A stretch of DNA of 63,824 nucleotides, counting the filler, from Octopus bimaculoides (taxonomy: Eukaryota), in assembly GCF_001194135.2 (NCBI RefSeq). It is 5 parts of 5 records of this genome, joined end to end, with 100 filler letters (N's around TTAATTAATTAA, not from the genome) between each part and the next. Parts side by side here need not be neighbours in the genome. Positions count along the whole stretch, not along the records: positions 62,702 to 63,824 come from NW_026371366.1; 4 more parts are not named here. One strand, 5' to 3'. This document shows positions 62,702 to 63,824 of the stretch, one piece after another (position 1 is the stretch's first letter; every line of letters starts with the position of its first letter). The notes beneath the pieces are model-generated. The model saw only the letters and a list, made by a program, of their open reading frames with translations, did not search any database and was not told the DNA's origin. The position numbers and the translations under genes were made by a program.

Positions 62702-62999
62702 GTGTGTAAAGGTGCAAAAAGCACCAATTGCTAGAAATAATAGCCAGAAAACAACTTGATGGCCACTGGCCACACAAAGCGTTAACCTGATGACATTGAC
62801 TAAATACCACATTTCTATTGTCTTACAATAGAAAGGTAGATTTGCTTGCTCTCTCGCTTTTCATCAATATCACAACGTGCATTTTGCACTCTTCTTTATT
62901 AATTTGCCGTTAGGTTTTAATTGCTAATACCACTTATATTATAATATAATTAAATATATTATAATTTTGATATATCTAATTTTTTTTGGTGTCTTATTT

Positions 63000-63824
63000 C
63001 ATAGGTTCCGAATCGATCAACCGAATGTGCCAACGTGGACTTGGACAAACCGCGTCGGATTGTCGAGATCGTATCTAGATAGAGTTCTATGTAGGACAGT
63101 TGATAGAGATAGTGTAGGATGTCCACAATTTAAAACAGTCAGCTACACAGACCACAAATTTGTGACGTGTACGATCGACTTTGATAAGACACATAGGCAG
63201 GGTCCAGGTTACTGGAAACTGAACGCTTCGCTCTTAGCGCGGCAGGTTTATAGGAACCGGATTAGCGAGTTAATTAAGAGGGCGTTAACAGGAGCCATCT
63301 TTAACAACTGATGGTGGTTTGCCCTGAAAATAGCAATTAAATCGGAATCTATTAGGTTTAGTAAAGAACTAGCGATAGATCGAAATAGAGTAGAGGGAGA
63401 TTTAGTCAAGAAACTAGAAGAGGCACTTACAACTGGCAGCGCAACCAACGTTTTGGCTGCGTGATGGCTTCCGACCAACACCTCAACGCCAAACACGAAG
63501 GTTGCGTCGTCAGAGCTAAAATACGTGCCTTAAGGAACGAAGGGATCGAAGCTGCGCGAGAAGCCCGGGTAACGGAGGCGCAACGCGATTACAAAGCTAC
63601 CATTCGGTCTCTAATAGATCAACAGGGATGTAATTTACTTGAACCCGAAAGGATGTGTGAGTCCTTTCAACAGCACTTTGCTCGACTGTTTGGTGCGAGT
63701 GTTGAGTAGGAACGCAGGATGAACTTCAGTGCCTACCTGACCGACCTGCTGCGGCTCTCGGCAGGCGAAGCAGAGTGTTGTGAGGGTCCCATCACAGTTG
63801 CTGAAGTAAGGGATGCGATGGCGG
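63000..63824 (+). mobile_element. L1/Tx1-clade LINE ORF2 fragment (AP endonuclease C-terminus and linker), running off the window
   Basis: PTWTW..RSYLDRVL..SYTDHKFV..GPGYWKLNASLL..WW..LK..IK..GCVVRAK..EGPITVAEVRDAM; a few stops and frameshifts. Confidence 0.9.

Overview
Repeat-dense, AT-rich eukaryotic DNA with no confidently recognisable host protein-coding gene. The repeat families and microsatellite load suggest a coleoid cephalopod, probably Octopus (inference from recalled families, not a search). Four 100-bp N44-TTAATTAATTAA-N44 linkers show that the window is five scaffolds joined artificially, so adjacency across 18523-18622, 43391-43490, 60171-60270 and 62602-62701 is not biological. 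Decayed mobile elements present: several R4/Dong-clade LINEs (some in (TAA)n tracts), RTE, CR1/L2-like, Jockey/CR1-group and L1/Tx1-like LINE fragments, two gag/ORF1-like zinc-knuckle remnants, a Gypsy 5' half, a Penelope-like C-terminus, mariner, Tc1 and maT (DD37D-like) transposons, MITEs and several tRNA-derived SINE families. Most interesting: (1) a tRNA-derived SINE carrying a structurally complete minimal type I hammerhead ribozyme behind an internal (TAA)n tract, with a second copy whose tract appears to have received two Dong insertions; (2) three unrelated fold-back elements, two of which carry divergent hammerhead folds, one per arm; (3) a heavily decayed ~2.2-kb minus-strand region with motifs resembling a Mononegavirales L polymerase (candidate endogenous viral element, unconfirmed). 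All folds, translations and alignments were done by eye.
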